Of a stretch of DNA of 64,000 bases, positions 19,421 through 28,340 are shown one piece after another. The notes beneath the pieces are model-generated. The model worked only from the letters and a program-made list of their open reading frames with translations, searched no databases and had not been told where the DNA came from. A program made the translations under genes and the position numbers. The stretch is taken from contig JALNJZ010000006.1 in the NCBI GenBank assembly GCA_023261845.1, forward strand, positions 37,661-101,660. Direction: 5' to 3'. Numbering within the stretch: the stretch's first letter is position 1; each line of letters begins with the position of its first letter. This stretch comes from Candidatus Terraquivivens tengchongensis (GTDB taxonomy: Archaea > Thermoproteota > Nitrososphaeria_A > Caldarchaeales > Wolframiiraptoraceae).

Positions 19421-19950
19421 CCCCTACCCTTATACTCAACCAGCCCATAGGCTTCAAGGGCTTGAAGCTGCCTGTCAACAGCCCTAACCAAATCAACATC
19501 TGACGGATCGATGTTTAGGGCTGCCAAGATTTCCTTCTGCGTGTAAGATCCGCCCTTCCTCAACAAATCGATAAGGTCCTTGTCAAACTTTCTAACGCCC
19601 TCGAAGGTTTCCTGGAGGAAGGGCTGAGCCCTGTAACGCTTAAGCTCATTATCCAAGTTCTCCGCCAACCTCTTCAAAAGCCTATTCTCCTCGCGTAGGC
19701 TCTTCAACTCCTCCTCGGCGCTGCGTAAACGCTTAACAAGCTCAGCACGGCTCAAGTAGCCTTCTTCACCCTCCTCACGCCGGATAGAATCCTCAACACG
19801 CTCAACAACAAACCTAGAAATCGACACGCCCGCCTTTTCCGCCCGACGCCGCCAATCCTCAACCATCTCAACAGACGGTAGATAAACATAAACCGCCCGA
19901 TCCTTAATTGTACACGTCTTACCCCTATTAGGCCTCGTCACACCCACCAA
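19402..19950 (-). CDS. RHH / coiled-coil / wHTH DNA-binding protein upstream of the integrase
   Basis: R.VYVYLPS.EM...W...A...GVSISRFV RHH-like pattern, heptad region and C-terminal wHTH. Start uncertain (19941-19974). Confidence 0.65.
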   Translation of the reverse strand: MVGVTRPNRGKTCTIKDRAVYVYLPSVEMVEDWRRRAEKAGVSISRFVVERVEDSIRREEGEEGYLSRAELVKRLRSAEEELKSLREENRLLKRLAENLDNELKRYRAQPFLQETFEGVRKFDKDLIDLLRKGGSYTQKEILAALNIDPSDVDLVRAVDRQLQALEAYGLVEYKGRGWRWTG

Positions 19951-19977
19951 CAAAAATAACACACTTACGAGCATTTA

Positions 19978-19995
19978 TAATTTACCAGCAAATTA
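19978..19995. promoter_or_regulatory. Imperfect palindrome TAATTTACCAGCAAATTA overlapping the TATA box of the RHH-integrase operon
   Basis: 16/18 match to 8620-8637. Minus-strand TTATAAAT at 19973-19980. Confidence 0.6.
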
Positions 19996-19996
19996 G

Positions 19997-20098
19997 TGCG
20001 GGGGGTGGGATTTGAACCCACGAACCCCTACGGGACAGGGTCTCCCATCATAAAGGAATCTGAGCCCTGCGCCGTTGACCAGGCTTGGCAACCCCCGC
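19997..20098 (-). tRNA. tRNA-Leu(CAG) with a 17-nt intron at 37/38 (20042-20058); island integration site
   Basis: GCGGGGG/CCCCCGC acceptor stem, CAGGG/CCCTG anticodon stem, long variable arm and GTTCAAATC T-loop. BHB central helix CTCA/TGGG. Confidence 0.92.
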
Positions 20099-20145
20099 TC
20101 CCGATCTATTCTAGCTCATCAAAATTATGAGATCATCCCGTACTT

Positions 20146-20574
20146 TTACTTTAGCGTTTCTAAGGGAGCGTAGACATCTAGCTCGAATTCCGACAGGTGA
20201 GCTTTTCCGGAATCGGTCATGACCATGTGGTAGGTTGACTTTGGGGGTAGCTTTCTCTTTTTTAGACCGGCTTCCCTCACGATATCCTTAGAAACGGGCA
20301 GTCCGAGCTGGCCTGGTTCTACAACTATTAGCGGTGAGTCGTAGTCGAAGAACGATACGGGAACTCTGCTGTATCCAAGCCCTTTCAGTATGTTGTAGCG
20401 GTGGTGTCCGTCCAAGATTACCATGGTTTTGTAATCTACCGCCAAAGATTTCTTAAGGTACCCATCGCGGAGTATCTCTGCTTTCAGCTCCTCTAAGTGC
20501 ACTGGGTCTATCTCCTCATGCTCGATAAGCTCGTCTATCCTTACAACCTTCACCTGCAAGGGCCGCAGCATCAT
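20146..20574 (-). CDS. ParB/sulfiredoxin-like domain protein
   Basis: HEE, ILDGHHRY and LPPKST.H motifs. Confidence 0.8.
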   Translation of the reverse strand: MMLRPLQVKVVRIDELIEHEEIDPVHLEELKAEILRDGYLKKSLAVDYKTMVILDGHHRYNILKGLGYSRVPVSFFDYDSPLIVVEPGQLGLPVSKDIVREAGLKKRKLPPKSTYHMVMTDSGKAHLSEFELDVYAPLETLK

Positions 20575-20654
20575 TATCTACGGGGCAAAACATCACTTCT
20601 ATTAATCTGTTTTCTCGAAAAATGCATTTAAGACACCTTATGCTTAAAAACCCC

Positions 20655-20705
20655 AACCGACTACCGTTCTCGCAAGCTAATGTAGTCAGTATAGACTGAG
20701 AGGTC
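20655..20705 (+). promoter_or_regulatory. Structured 5' leader (hairpin plus SD-sequestering pseudoknot) upstream of QueT; candidate riboswitch
   Basis: GACTAC/GTAGTC stem. Loop TTCTC is complementary to GAGAG, which overlaps the SD. A small AGT-ATAG-ACT hairpin lies between them. Confidence 0.45.
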
Positions 20706-20713
20706 GTTATGGT

Positions 20714-21256
20714 TTGAAGAGTAGGACAAGGTCTTTAGCCGTTTCGTCCATTCTGGCATCTCTTTACGCAGTCTTAGTAGTAACACTTGCGCCCTTCAGC
20801 TTCTTACCTTTTCAGGTAAGGGTTGCCGACGCTCTTCTTCCACTTTCTATAGTATTCGGAATTCCAGCAGCCTATGGCCTATCCATAGGCTGTGCGGTCG
20901 CCAATTACGCCGGTGGTCTAATGCTTTTTGGTGGCGCATCCATAATAGACGTGACCGGTGGCGCTATAGCCAACTTTCTCGCATGCTATCTCGCATGGCT
21001 CATAGGAAGGCAGGGTGGCGTAAAGAGGAGGTTTGTCGCAAGCCTCGTCCAGACGGCAGTCATTACATTAATTGTTGGAAGCTATCTCTGGGTTTTAGTC
21101 GGCATGCCCGGCACTTATGATATCTTCGGCCTCGAACTGCCTGGTCTATTTGCCGTTATCGTGGGTGTGGCCATAGGTTCTGTGATAGCTATAAACGTCC
21201 TAGGATTCGCGCTGGAGGAGGCTGTTAGAAGGACGCTATACGTAACGGATAAGTAA
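20714..21256 (+). CDS. queT: QueT-family (COG4708) queuosine-precursor transporter
   Basis: A.LY.VL...LAPFSF.P.QVRVA.AL..L and G..IGC.VAN signature. Confidence 0.8.
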   Translation: MKSRTRSLAVSSILASLYAVLVVTLAPFSFLPFQVRVADALLPLSIVFGIPAAYGLSIGCAVANYAGGLMLFGGASIIDVTGGAIANFLACYLAWLIGRQGGVKRRFVASLVQTAVITLIVGSYLWVLVGMPGTYDIFGLELPGLFAVIVGVAIGSVIAINVLGFALEEAVRRTLYVTDK

Positions 21257-21280
21257 GGACGATGCTTTGAGGGTTTTGGT

Positions 21281-22108
21281 ATGAGCGGTAGCGTGACCGT
21301 CGCTTTTCAGGGTGAACTTGGTGCTTACAGCCATATAGCCGCCTTGAAGTTCTTCGGGTCGATAGACGCCTTACCCCAGAAGACGATAGCAGACGTTTTC
21401 GAGGTCGTTGAGGCATCCGGTGCTAGATACGGCGTTGTACCATTCGAGAATTCGCTGGAGGGTAGTGTGAACGAGACCTACGATATGCTTCTTGAGACCA
21501 ACCTGCATGTCGTAGGCGAGGTGAAGTTGAGAATAATTCACTGCTTGATAGCCAGCCCGGACACCACAACATCCGAAATAAAACGCGTTTACTCACACCC
21601 TCAGGCGCTCGCCCAGTGTAGGTCTTACATTAGGGCCATGGGCTGGGAAACCGTTCCATACTACGATACTGCCGGAAGCGTAAAGATGCTAAAAGAATTG
21701 AACATTAAAGACGCTGCGGCAATCGCAAGCGAGCTAGCCGCCGAGACATATGGGATGAAAGTTCTTCAAAAGGGCATAGAGGACTTTGCTGCGAATTACA
21801 CGAGGTTCTTAGTGATTGGTAGGGATCGAGTTCCAAGAACTGGCAGGGATAAAACTTCGATAATTTTCACGACGAAACACGTACCTGGCGCACTTTACAT
21901 GGTTCTCGAAGAATTTGCAAAAAGGAACATTAACTTGACCATGCTTGTGTCGAGGCCGACGAAGAGGACGCCTTGGGAGTACAATTTCTACGTAGACTTC
22001 GAGGGGCACGTTTCGGATGAACCCATAAGGCGCTGTCTGGAGGCGCTAAAGGATAGGACGGTATTCCTAAAAGTTTTGGGCTCATATCCAGCGGCGACCG
22101 ATGCATAA
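21281..22108 (+). CDS. pheA: Prephenate dehydratase
   Basis: FQGE.GAYS, P.ENS.EGSV, SHPQALAQC and N.TRF motifs plus an ACT domain. Confidence 0.93.
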   Translation: MSGSVTVAFQGELGAYSHIAALKFFGSIDALPQKTIADVFEVVEASGARYGVVPFENSLEGSVNETYDMLLETNLHVVGEVKLRIIHCLIASPDTTTSEIKRVYSHPQALAQCRSYIRAMGWETVPYYDTAGSVKMLKELNIKDAAAIASELAAETYGMKVLQKGIEDFAANYTRFLVIGRDRVPRTGRDKTSIIFTTKHVPGALYMVLEEFAKRNINLTMLVSRPTKRTPWEYNFYVDFEGHVSDEPIRRCLEALKDRTVFLKVLGSYPAATDA

Positions 22109-22148
22109 TTGCTCCGTTAATCTTTTTAAGTAAACCCGAAGGCTTAGG

Positions 22149-22640
22149 TTGTCGATGGTCAAGGTCGTTGTCCTCTCCGACACGCATACGTCTAGTTTGA
22201 ATTCATTTCCAAGCAAGGTTTTAGATGAGATTGCCGATGCAGATTGGGTAGTTCATGCTGGAGACTTCACGGAGGTCAGCCTCGTTAACGAACTAAAAGC
22301 CTACGGTAACTTTAAGGGCGTTCGTGGGAATATGGATTCACCGTCAGTGAAGGCTTTGCTTCCGGAGATAGAACTACTAGAAGTCGGCGGTTTCATCATA
22401 GGCATATGTCACCCTGCCGAGGGTGGGCCACCATTAAGAATTGAGGATAGAATAAGGAAAAAGTTCGATAAGGTTGACGTCATAGTCTACGGCCATACCC
22501 ATAAACCAAAAAATGAGGTCCGGGACAACATCCTGTACCTCAACCCAGGTAGCGCAACAGGTGCTTGGCCCGCTGCCCGCGCATCCTATGGCGTACTAGA
22601 GATTGAGGACACCGTTAGGGCCAGGATAGTCCAACTATAA
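22149..22640 (+). CDS. YfcE/MJ0936 metallophosphoesterase
   Basis: SDTH, HAGD, GNMD, GHTH and NPGS motifs. Confidence 0.9.
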   Translation: MSMVKVVVLSDTHTSSLNSFPSKVLDEIADADWVVHAGDFTEVSLVNELKAYGNFKGVRGNMDSPSVKALLPEIELLEVGGFIIGICHPAEGGPPLRIEDRIRKKFDKVDVIVYGHTHKPKNEVRDNILYLNPGSATGAWPAARASYGVLEIEDTVRARIVQL

Positions 22641-22675
22641 ACGCTTTTGAACATCTATAACAACTATATTTTGGA

Positions 22676-23134
22676 ATGGCTGTCTGGTACTTCGCTTACG
22701 GTGCCGACCTCAACAAGGATTTGATGAGAAAAAGAGTCGGTGAGTGGAAGGACTGTAAGAGGGCTACGTTGGAAGGCTATAGGCTAAGCTTCGGTGTCTT
22801 CTCAAAAAGCTGGAAAGGTGGTGCAGCTGATATAAGGGAAGAAAGCGGCTCCAGAGTTTATGGTGCGATTTATCTACTCGACGAGGAACAATTAAGAATG
22901 CTGGACAGGTACGAGGGTGTTCCGAACGTTTACCTCAGGAGGAAGGTTATCGTGAAGACGGATGACGGTGAGGTCGAGGCCGTGACCTACGTCGCCGCCA
23001 ACCCGAAAGAGTTCGTTAAACCATCGGCAGAATACCTTGCGGTAATACAAAAGGGTTTAAAACAGCATGGCTACGGCGACGATGTTATAAGAAAGATTAG
23101 AAGGCTGGCTGAGGGGCTCGGGCCGAAGGCTTAA
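22676..23134 (+). CDS. Gamma-glutamylcyclotransferase family protein
   Basis: YFAYG, LD.YEG.P and PS.EY motifs. Confidence 0.85.
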   Translation: MAVWYFAYGADLNKDLMRKRVGEWKDCKRATLEGYRLSFGVFSKSWKGGAADIREESGSRVYGAIYLLDEEQLRMLDRYEGVPNVYLRRKVIVKTDDGEVEAVTYVAANPKEFVKPSAEYLAVIQKGLKQHGYGDDVIRKIRRLAEGLGPKA

Positions 23135-23161
23135 TACAGACTCCGTCGTGTTTCGATAACG

Positions 23162-23713
23162 TTGAAGATAGCGCTCGATCTTGATGGCGTCTTAGCGGAC
23201 AGCATATCCGTGTGGCTGATGATATGGAATGCGTCGAAGGGTAGCTCGTTTGCGCTCGAGGATGTGAAATGTTGGGATTTTTGGAAGGAGCTTGGAATCA
23301 CATCGGGCGAGTTTCATAGAATATTCTACAAAGCGTGGAAAAATTGGAAACTGATACAACCGACGGAACCGAGCCTTGTTTCTAAGGTCATCATGCTGGA
23401 AGAGCTAGGCAGGGTTGATATCGTGACCTCAAGACCGAAGAACACCAGAACGTACGTCTTAAAGTGGTTAGAAAGGTATGGGTTTGGTAACAAGAACATA
23501 GTCTTCGTTAAGAGCAATAAATCAGAACTCGACTACGACGTTTACATAGACGACTCCCCGATAAACGCTGAGGAGATCGCGTCTGCAGGAAAGTACGTAG
23601 CATTATACGACAGACCTTGGAATAGAGACGTGAAGGACACCGATAGGATAAAGCGCGTCATGAACCTGGAAGGGGCGTACTTATTCATAAAGGGACATAT
23701 ATTAGGACGTTGA
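23162..23713 (+). CDS. HAD-family 5'(3')-nucleotidase-like protein
   Basis: DLDGVLAD, VTSR, IDDSP and RPWN motifs. Confidence 0.8.
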   Translation: MKIALDLDGVLADSISVWLMIWNASKGSSFALEDVKCWDFWKELGITSGEFHRIFYKAWKNWKLIQPTEPSLVSKVIMLEELGRVDIVTSRPKNTRTYVLKWLERYGFGNKNIVFVKSNKSELDYDVYIDDSPINAEEIASAGKYVALYDRPWNRDVKDTDRIKRVMNLEGAYLFIKGHILGR

Positions 23714-23732
23714 GACTCCACGCTAAAAGATT

Positions 23733-25148
23733 TTACGAGCCCCAATCGGTGTGGAACGTTCCCGGCTTGTCAATCCTCTCGTAGCCATGCGCACCGAAGC
23801 GATCCCTCAAAGCCTGTATGAGGTTTGCCGGCAGACGCTCACGCCTAAAGCTATCGAAGTAGTCCAAAGCAGAGGCTATTGCAGGACAAGGAATGCCGCT
23901 AAGCTTTGCCGTGCTTATCAACGACCTCCATTCCACCTGTCTCTCACACAGTTCTTTTGCGTAAGCGCTATCGAGTAGGAGATTCGTCAGGTCCGGTCTT
24001 CTGGAGTAAACGTCCATTATCATGTTGAGTAGCCTCGCCCTTATGATGCATCCACCCCTCCATATCCTGGCCACCTCCCTGAGCTTCGTGGCATAGCCGA
24101 ATTCCTTTGATGCCATAGATATGAGGGACATCCCTTGAGCAAATGCTATGAGCATCGTGCAATACAAAGATGACTTCGCCTCACTTATAAGAGATGGCTT
24201 GTCCACATGCCTCACATTCGTTGTACATGTTATGGTCTTCGATGCGGCAACCCTTTCTTCTTTCAACGCGGATACATTTCTCGCAGAGACTGCGGCATCG
24301 ATTGTTGGCACAGGTACACCCAAGTCCATCGCCGTCTGCGACGTCCACTTCCCAGTCCCCTTCTGGCCTGCCTTATCCAGTATTAACTCAACGAGTGGTC
24401 TTTTGGTCTCTTCATCGATCTTTGCCAAAACCTCAGAGGCTATCTCCAAGAGGAAGGAGTTTAGCTCACCCGCGTTCCACTCGGCAAATATCCTCGAAAC
24501 TGCCGGAGCACCTAGTCCGAGTAGCACTGTGAAGATATCGTAGACTTCTGCTATAGCCTGCATTATTGCATACTCAATACCGTTGTGTACCATCTTTACA
24601 AAGTGACCAGCACCACCAGACCCCATGTAGCCGTAGCACACATCGTCCTCAATCTTTGCGGCAATCTTTACAAATACAGGCCTCATGATTTCTTCGGCCT
24701 CCGGCGGCCCACCGGCCATTATGCAGGGTCCCTTCAGCGCACCCTCCTCGCCGCCGCTTATCCCGACACCCATGAAGTGTATGCTATGTTCTTCTAGCAT
24801 CTTCATCCTTCTTTCCGTATCCTTGAAGTGCGAGTTACCGCCATCTACAACTACGTCCCCCGACTCAAGATACACCAGCAACTGGTTGAGAAATTCGTCA
24901 ACAGCCTCACCGGCTTTGACCATTAGCATTATCCTGCGAGGTTTATCGAGGGACTTGACAAAGTCTTCCATGGAAAAGTGCGCAGATATGTTTTTCCCTT
25001 TTGCCCTATGCTCTATGAATGCTTTAGTCCTATCCGCGGTCCTGTTATAAACGGATACAACGAACCCTTTGTCCTCGATGTTAAGGGCAAGGTTAGCACC
25101 CATCGTCGCAAGTCCTATAAGCCCTATGTCCGACTTCCGCATAACCAT
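23733..25148 (-). CDS. gndA: 6-phosphogluconate dehydrogenase, decarboxylating (long form)
   Basis: GLATMG, YNRT, DGGNS, SGGEEGA, KMVHNGIEY, QKGTGKW and RD.FGAH motifs. Confidence 0.95.
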   Translation of the reverse strand: MVMRKSDIGLIGLATMGANLALNIEDKGFVVSVYNRTADRTKAFIEHRAKGKNISAHFSMEDFVKSLDKPRRIMLMVKAGEAVDEFLNQLLVYLESGDVVVDGGNSHFKDTERRMKMLEEHSIHFMGVGISGGEEGALKGPCIMAGGPPEAEEIMRPVFVKIAAKIEDDVCYGYMGSGGAGHFVKMVHNGIEYAIMQAIAEVYDIFTVLLGLGAPAVSRIFAEWNAGELNSFLLEIASEVLAKIDEETKRPLVELILDKAGQKGTGKWTSQTAMDLGVPVPTIDAAVSARNVSALKEERVAASKTITCTTNVRHVDKPSLISEAKSSLYCTMLIAFAQGMSLISMASKEFGYATKLREVARIWRGGCIIRARLLNMIMDVYSRRPDLTNLLLDSAYAKELCERQVEWRSLISTAKLSGIPCPAIASALDYFDSFRRERLPANLIQALRDRFGAHGYERIDKPGTFHTDWGS

Positions 25149-25247
25149 ATTTGTTCGTCAAGGTAACAAAAAAGCTTATCGTATAACAGATCGATGGGTT
25201 AACGTAAAAACTATAATTCTGACCTTTCTTCATAAATTTCGAGAAAC

Positions 25248-26405
25248 ATGTCCCAAACCGTCAGCAGCTTAGGTTACATCAATCGGATATTCCAAAACAT
25301 AGAGCTTGTTGATGCAGCTCAGCAGGAGAATTTCTATTACAGCCTTGTGAAGAGTGGTGTGATAATTCCATCAGCCGAAGGCAGGTCCAAGGGTGCGTTG
25401 AGCATAGTGTGCAGCGAAATGGCCAAGATGAGGAAAGGAAAGATAATCGTGGATAGAAGCGATCTTGGTTTTCCAGGCAGGAGCATTTCTGAAGCGGCAC
25501 CGATCCTGAAACACAGATACGGTTACGTAAGCCTGTTAATAAACAGCGGCAGCGGTAAATCACTCATGCCCCTTATAGATGCCCAGAGCATGGCCCTTTA
25601 TATAGAAAAGACAGGTGACGTCAAAAACTTCAGCATAGACGTCATGACTTCAGATGCCAACTCACCAATTGGGAAGCTCGGTGAAAAGTATGGAAACATA
25701 CTCATAATTAAGGGACGGGAGGAGAACAAGCGGGCGGAAGGTGAGACAAGGGAGTTTCAAACTTACGGTATACTGGAAGACGTGTTCATTTTGAGTAGCA
25801 TGGTAGTGCTTTATGCTATGGCAGAGGCCATGAACGACGATAAGCCAGCTGAGAAGATACAGGACTACATACGTCCACTTTCAGTGGAGATAGGCAACAT
25901 GGTGGATGACATTATTAAATCAAAATTCTTTGAATTTCTGTTAGATAATTTAGAAGAGAGGAAAGCCTGCTTCTTTGCTGGTCTTGGTAGCGGTCAGGAA
26001 GTCGCTAGGATGACTGCCGTGAGGGTTGGACACGTGAAGAGGGCGATAGGTGACCATGTATATGTTGCAGGCGAGTCAAGCACACCCGCTCCGAGAGCTG
26101 GCGATATTTTGGTGGTTATTTCTCAAAGCGGTGAGACTGAGATAGTCTTGAGTTGGTGCAAGAACTTCAAGAGGTTGGGCGGCAAGCTCGCCGCCATAGT
26201 TGGGACACCTGGTTCGACGCTCCAGTCAATTGCTGACGAATCTTACGTAATAAAGAGCGAAAGGGTTCCCGGCAAACCTAGCGACTTTTACGTTAAGGCT
26301 GCGTTCGCGTTAAGCCCCTTACCCATATACTTAGTTAGCCGTATCGAGGGGCGCGGTCTAAGGCTGCCTGAATATATACTAAGATGGTATCATTCGGTAA
26401 TGTGA
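25248..26405 (+). CDS. Tandem SIS-domain protein, 6-phospho-3-hexuloisomerase-like
   Basis: Two SIS-like repeats (EGRS...INSGSG and GLGSG...GESSTPA...VISQSGET). Confidence 0.65.
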   Translation: MSQTVSSLGYINRIFQNIELVDAAQQENFYYSLVKSGVIIPSAEGRSKGALSIVCSEMAKMRKGKIIVDRSDLGFPGRSISEAAPILKHRYGYVSLLINSGSGKSLMPLIDAQSMALYIEKTGDVKNFSIDVMTSDANSPIGKLGEKYGNILIIKGREENKRAEGETREFQTYGILEDVFILSSMVVLYAMAEAMNDDKPAEKIQDYIRPLSVEIGNMVDDIIKSKFFEFLLDNLEERKACFFAGLGSGQEVARMTAVRVGHVKRAIGDHVYVAGESSTPAPRAGDILVVISQSGETEIVLSWCKNFKRLGGKLAAIVGTPGSTLQSIADESYVIKSERVPGKPSDFYVKAAFALSPLPIYLVSRIEGRGLRLPEYILRWYHSVM

Positions 26406-26406
26406 A

Positions 26407-27441
26407 CTACTCTACGACTTTTCTTATAGGTTTATCCAACATTTCGTGAAACTCCCTCATCCAAGGTAGCACGTCCCTTCCAAGAATGCTGATGAACTTT
26501 TCCTCGTCCGGGCTGGCACTGTGTATGTAGACTATGTCAAGCCTCAGCTTAAGGAATTCCGCAAGCTCCTTGAATATGTCGTCTGAGTCCGTCGTTATGA
26601 GCCACGTTCTTTTAATTTTTTCTACCTCCTCCGGACCGACGTTGGCCTCCAACTCTCTCGGGTCATAAATCTTTTCCCGTTTCTCCCTCGGTATGGCTGT
26701 TGATGCCCAGAAGAGCGCAGAGTTTAGTGCCCTATCGTAATCCACGTCGTATGAAACCTTGAACTCCATGGACTTTACGAGTTTTGACGGGTCCCTTCCT
26801 GCTTCTATTGCGGCCTTCTCCATAGCACGAACTATCTCGTAATATTTTTCAAGACCCCTAGGATTTATCAGCATACCATCGCAAAGCCTTCCGGCGATCT
26901 TCGCAACCCTTGGACATGCTGATGCTACATAGATCGGTATCTTCATCTTTGGCTTCGTGTAAAGTTTCGCATTCCTCAGCCTGTAGTACTTTCCCTCAAA
27001 ATTTACAAAATCGCCTTTCCAGAGCTCTAGTATTATCTTGATAGCTTCCTCAAGCCTTCCGACTTTTTCCTCAAAGTTTGGCCATTCAAACCCTAAAGGC
27101 TTCTCGTTCATCGCATGACCCGTACCGACCGTCAGGAACACCCTTCCAGGATACATGCAATCCAACGTTGCAAAAGCCTGGGCCACGATTGCCGGATGAT
27201 ACCTGAACATTGGCGTAGTTACAGCAGTACCTACTTGAACCCTTTTCGTCCTTTCTGCCGCCGCTGCTAGCCAGACCCACGGAAAACCCGATTGTCCGCC
27301 AGTGTCACGCCATGGATGAAAGTGGTCGCTTGTGGCTATTATATCAAAACCCGCGACCTCTGCTCTGACTGCAAAGTCCAGCAAACGGACTGGGTCATAT
27401 TGCTCTTGCGCTGCCCAATAACCTAGCCTAAGAGTCTTCAT
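26407..27441 (-). CDS. F420-dependent LLM oxidoreductase, G6PDH (Fgd-like) family
   Basis: EQY.P, SDHFHPW, T.P.FRYHPAIVAQAFATL and GTG.AMNE motifs. Confidence 0.85.
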   Translation of the reverse strand: MKTLRLGYWAAQEQYDPVRLLDFAVRAEVAGFDIIATSDHFHPWRDTGGQSGFPWVWLAAAAERTKRVQVGTAVTTPMFRYHPAIVAQAFATLDCMYPGRVFLTVGTGHAMNEKPLGFEWPNFEEKVGRLEEAIKIILELWKGDFVNFEGKYYRLRNAKLYTKPKMKIPIYVASACPRVAKIAGRLCDGMLINPRGLEKYYEIVRAMEKAAIEAGRDPSKLVKSMEFKVSYDVDYDRALNSALFWASTAIPREKREKIYDPRELEANVGPEEVEKIKRTWLITTDSDDIFKELAEFLKLRLDIVYIHSASPDEEKFISILGRDVLPWMREFHEMLDKPIRKVVE

Positions 27442-27547
27442 ATCTACCTTACCGTAAGCAAGTCAGAGTTATTTAGCCTTACCTTATAAATTGGGTCAAA
27501 ATTTAATATTTTACCAAAAGACACGCTAACTGGATCAGGTCGGGTCC

Positions 27548-28204
27548 ATGTTCGTACTGCTTTCGCATAAACTCAGCACTTCAACACCTGCATATGCTGG
27601 AGGTCCAAATCTTGTGTTGAAACCTTTGAAGCAGATAACTAAGGGTGACAGTAGCAACAGCTACATAATAGAGATGCCGAACCATTTGGGAACGCATGTG
27701 GATGCACCCCGGCACTTCGACCCTTCTGGACGCTCGATAGCCGATTACGGGATAGAGAGCCTGATCTTTAGAAAACCATTGCTGCTCAACATACCGAAGC
27801 GAGATTCGGAGCTGATCATGGCTGAAGAGTTAGAAGCGCATAAGGATAGGATTGCAGAGGCAGACATACTCCTGATAAAGACCGGATTCCAGAAGTTTAG
27901 GTTGTCCGATCCCGAAAGGTACAGCATGCATAACCCAGGCTTCTCTTCGAATGCCGCCAGCTATATCGTCAAAAACTTTCCAAAGCTCAGAGCCTTGGGT
28001 TTGGACACGGTATCCCTGTCCTCTGTTGACCACAGAGAGGACGGTAGGCTTTCGCATAAGATATTGCTGAGCGGTAGGGATTTCTTTATCATAGAAGACA
28101 TGGACCTTTCTAAGCTCTCCGAAAGCCCAAAAACGATAATGGTCATACCGCTCTTCATAGAGGGTATCGATAGCGCCCCTTGTGTGGTACTCGCCGAGAT
28201 CTAG
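27548..28204 (+). CDS. Cyclase / kynurenine formamidase-like metal hydrolase
   Basis: HLGTHVDAPRHF motif, H..LL, IIED and DSAP. Confidence 0.85.
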   Translation: MFVLLSHKLSTSTPAYAGGPNLVLKPLKQITKGDSSNSYIIEMPNHLGTHVDAPRHFDPSGRSIADYGIESLIFRKPLLLNIPKRDSELIMAEELEAHKDRIAEADILLIKTGFQKFRLSDPERYSMHNPGFSSNAASYIVKNFPKLRALGLDTVSLSSVDHREDGRLSHKILLSGRDFFIIEDMDLSKLSESPKTIMVIPLFIEGIDSAPCVVLAEI

Positions 28205-28340
28205 CTATCGTATTAAACGATCCTGAAATTTTTCGGAACAAAGTTACACGTTAATGAAAAAGAATACATATTCTCTTACGAAAGACGTAAACATTATGCT
28301 TAAATACGTATAATAGTAACGATAAACATACGAATCGGCC

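Larger units (their letters stand above)
8598..20013. mobile_element. tRNA-Leu-integrated genomic island (~11.4 kb) carrying a BREX-related operon
   Basis: Both ends carry a direct repeat of the tRNA 3' end. An integrase and RHH gene sit next to the tRNA, and the base composition differs from the flanks. Confidence 0.85.

Noticed and set aside
20146-20574. ParB-like gene as part of the island
   Set aside because: It lies outside the att-bounded region, beyond the tRNA 5' end, and has host-like composition.
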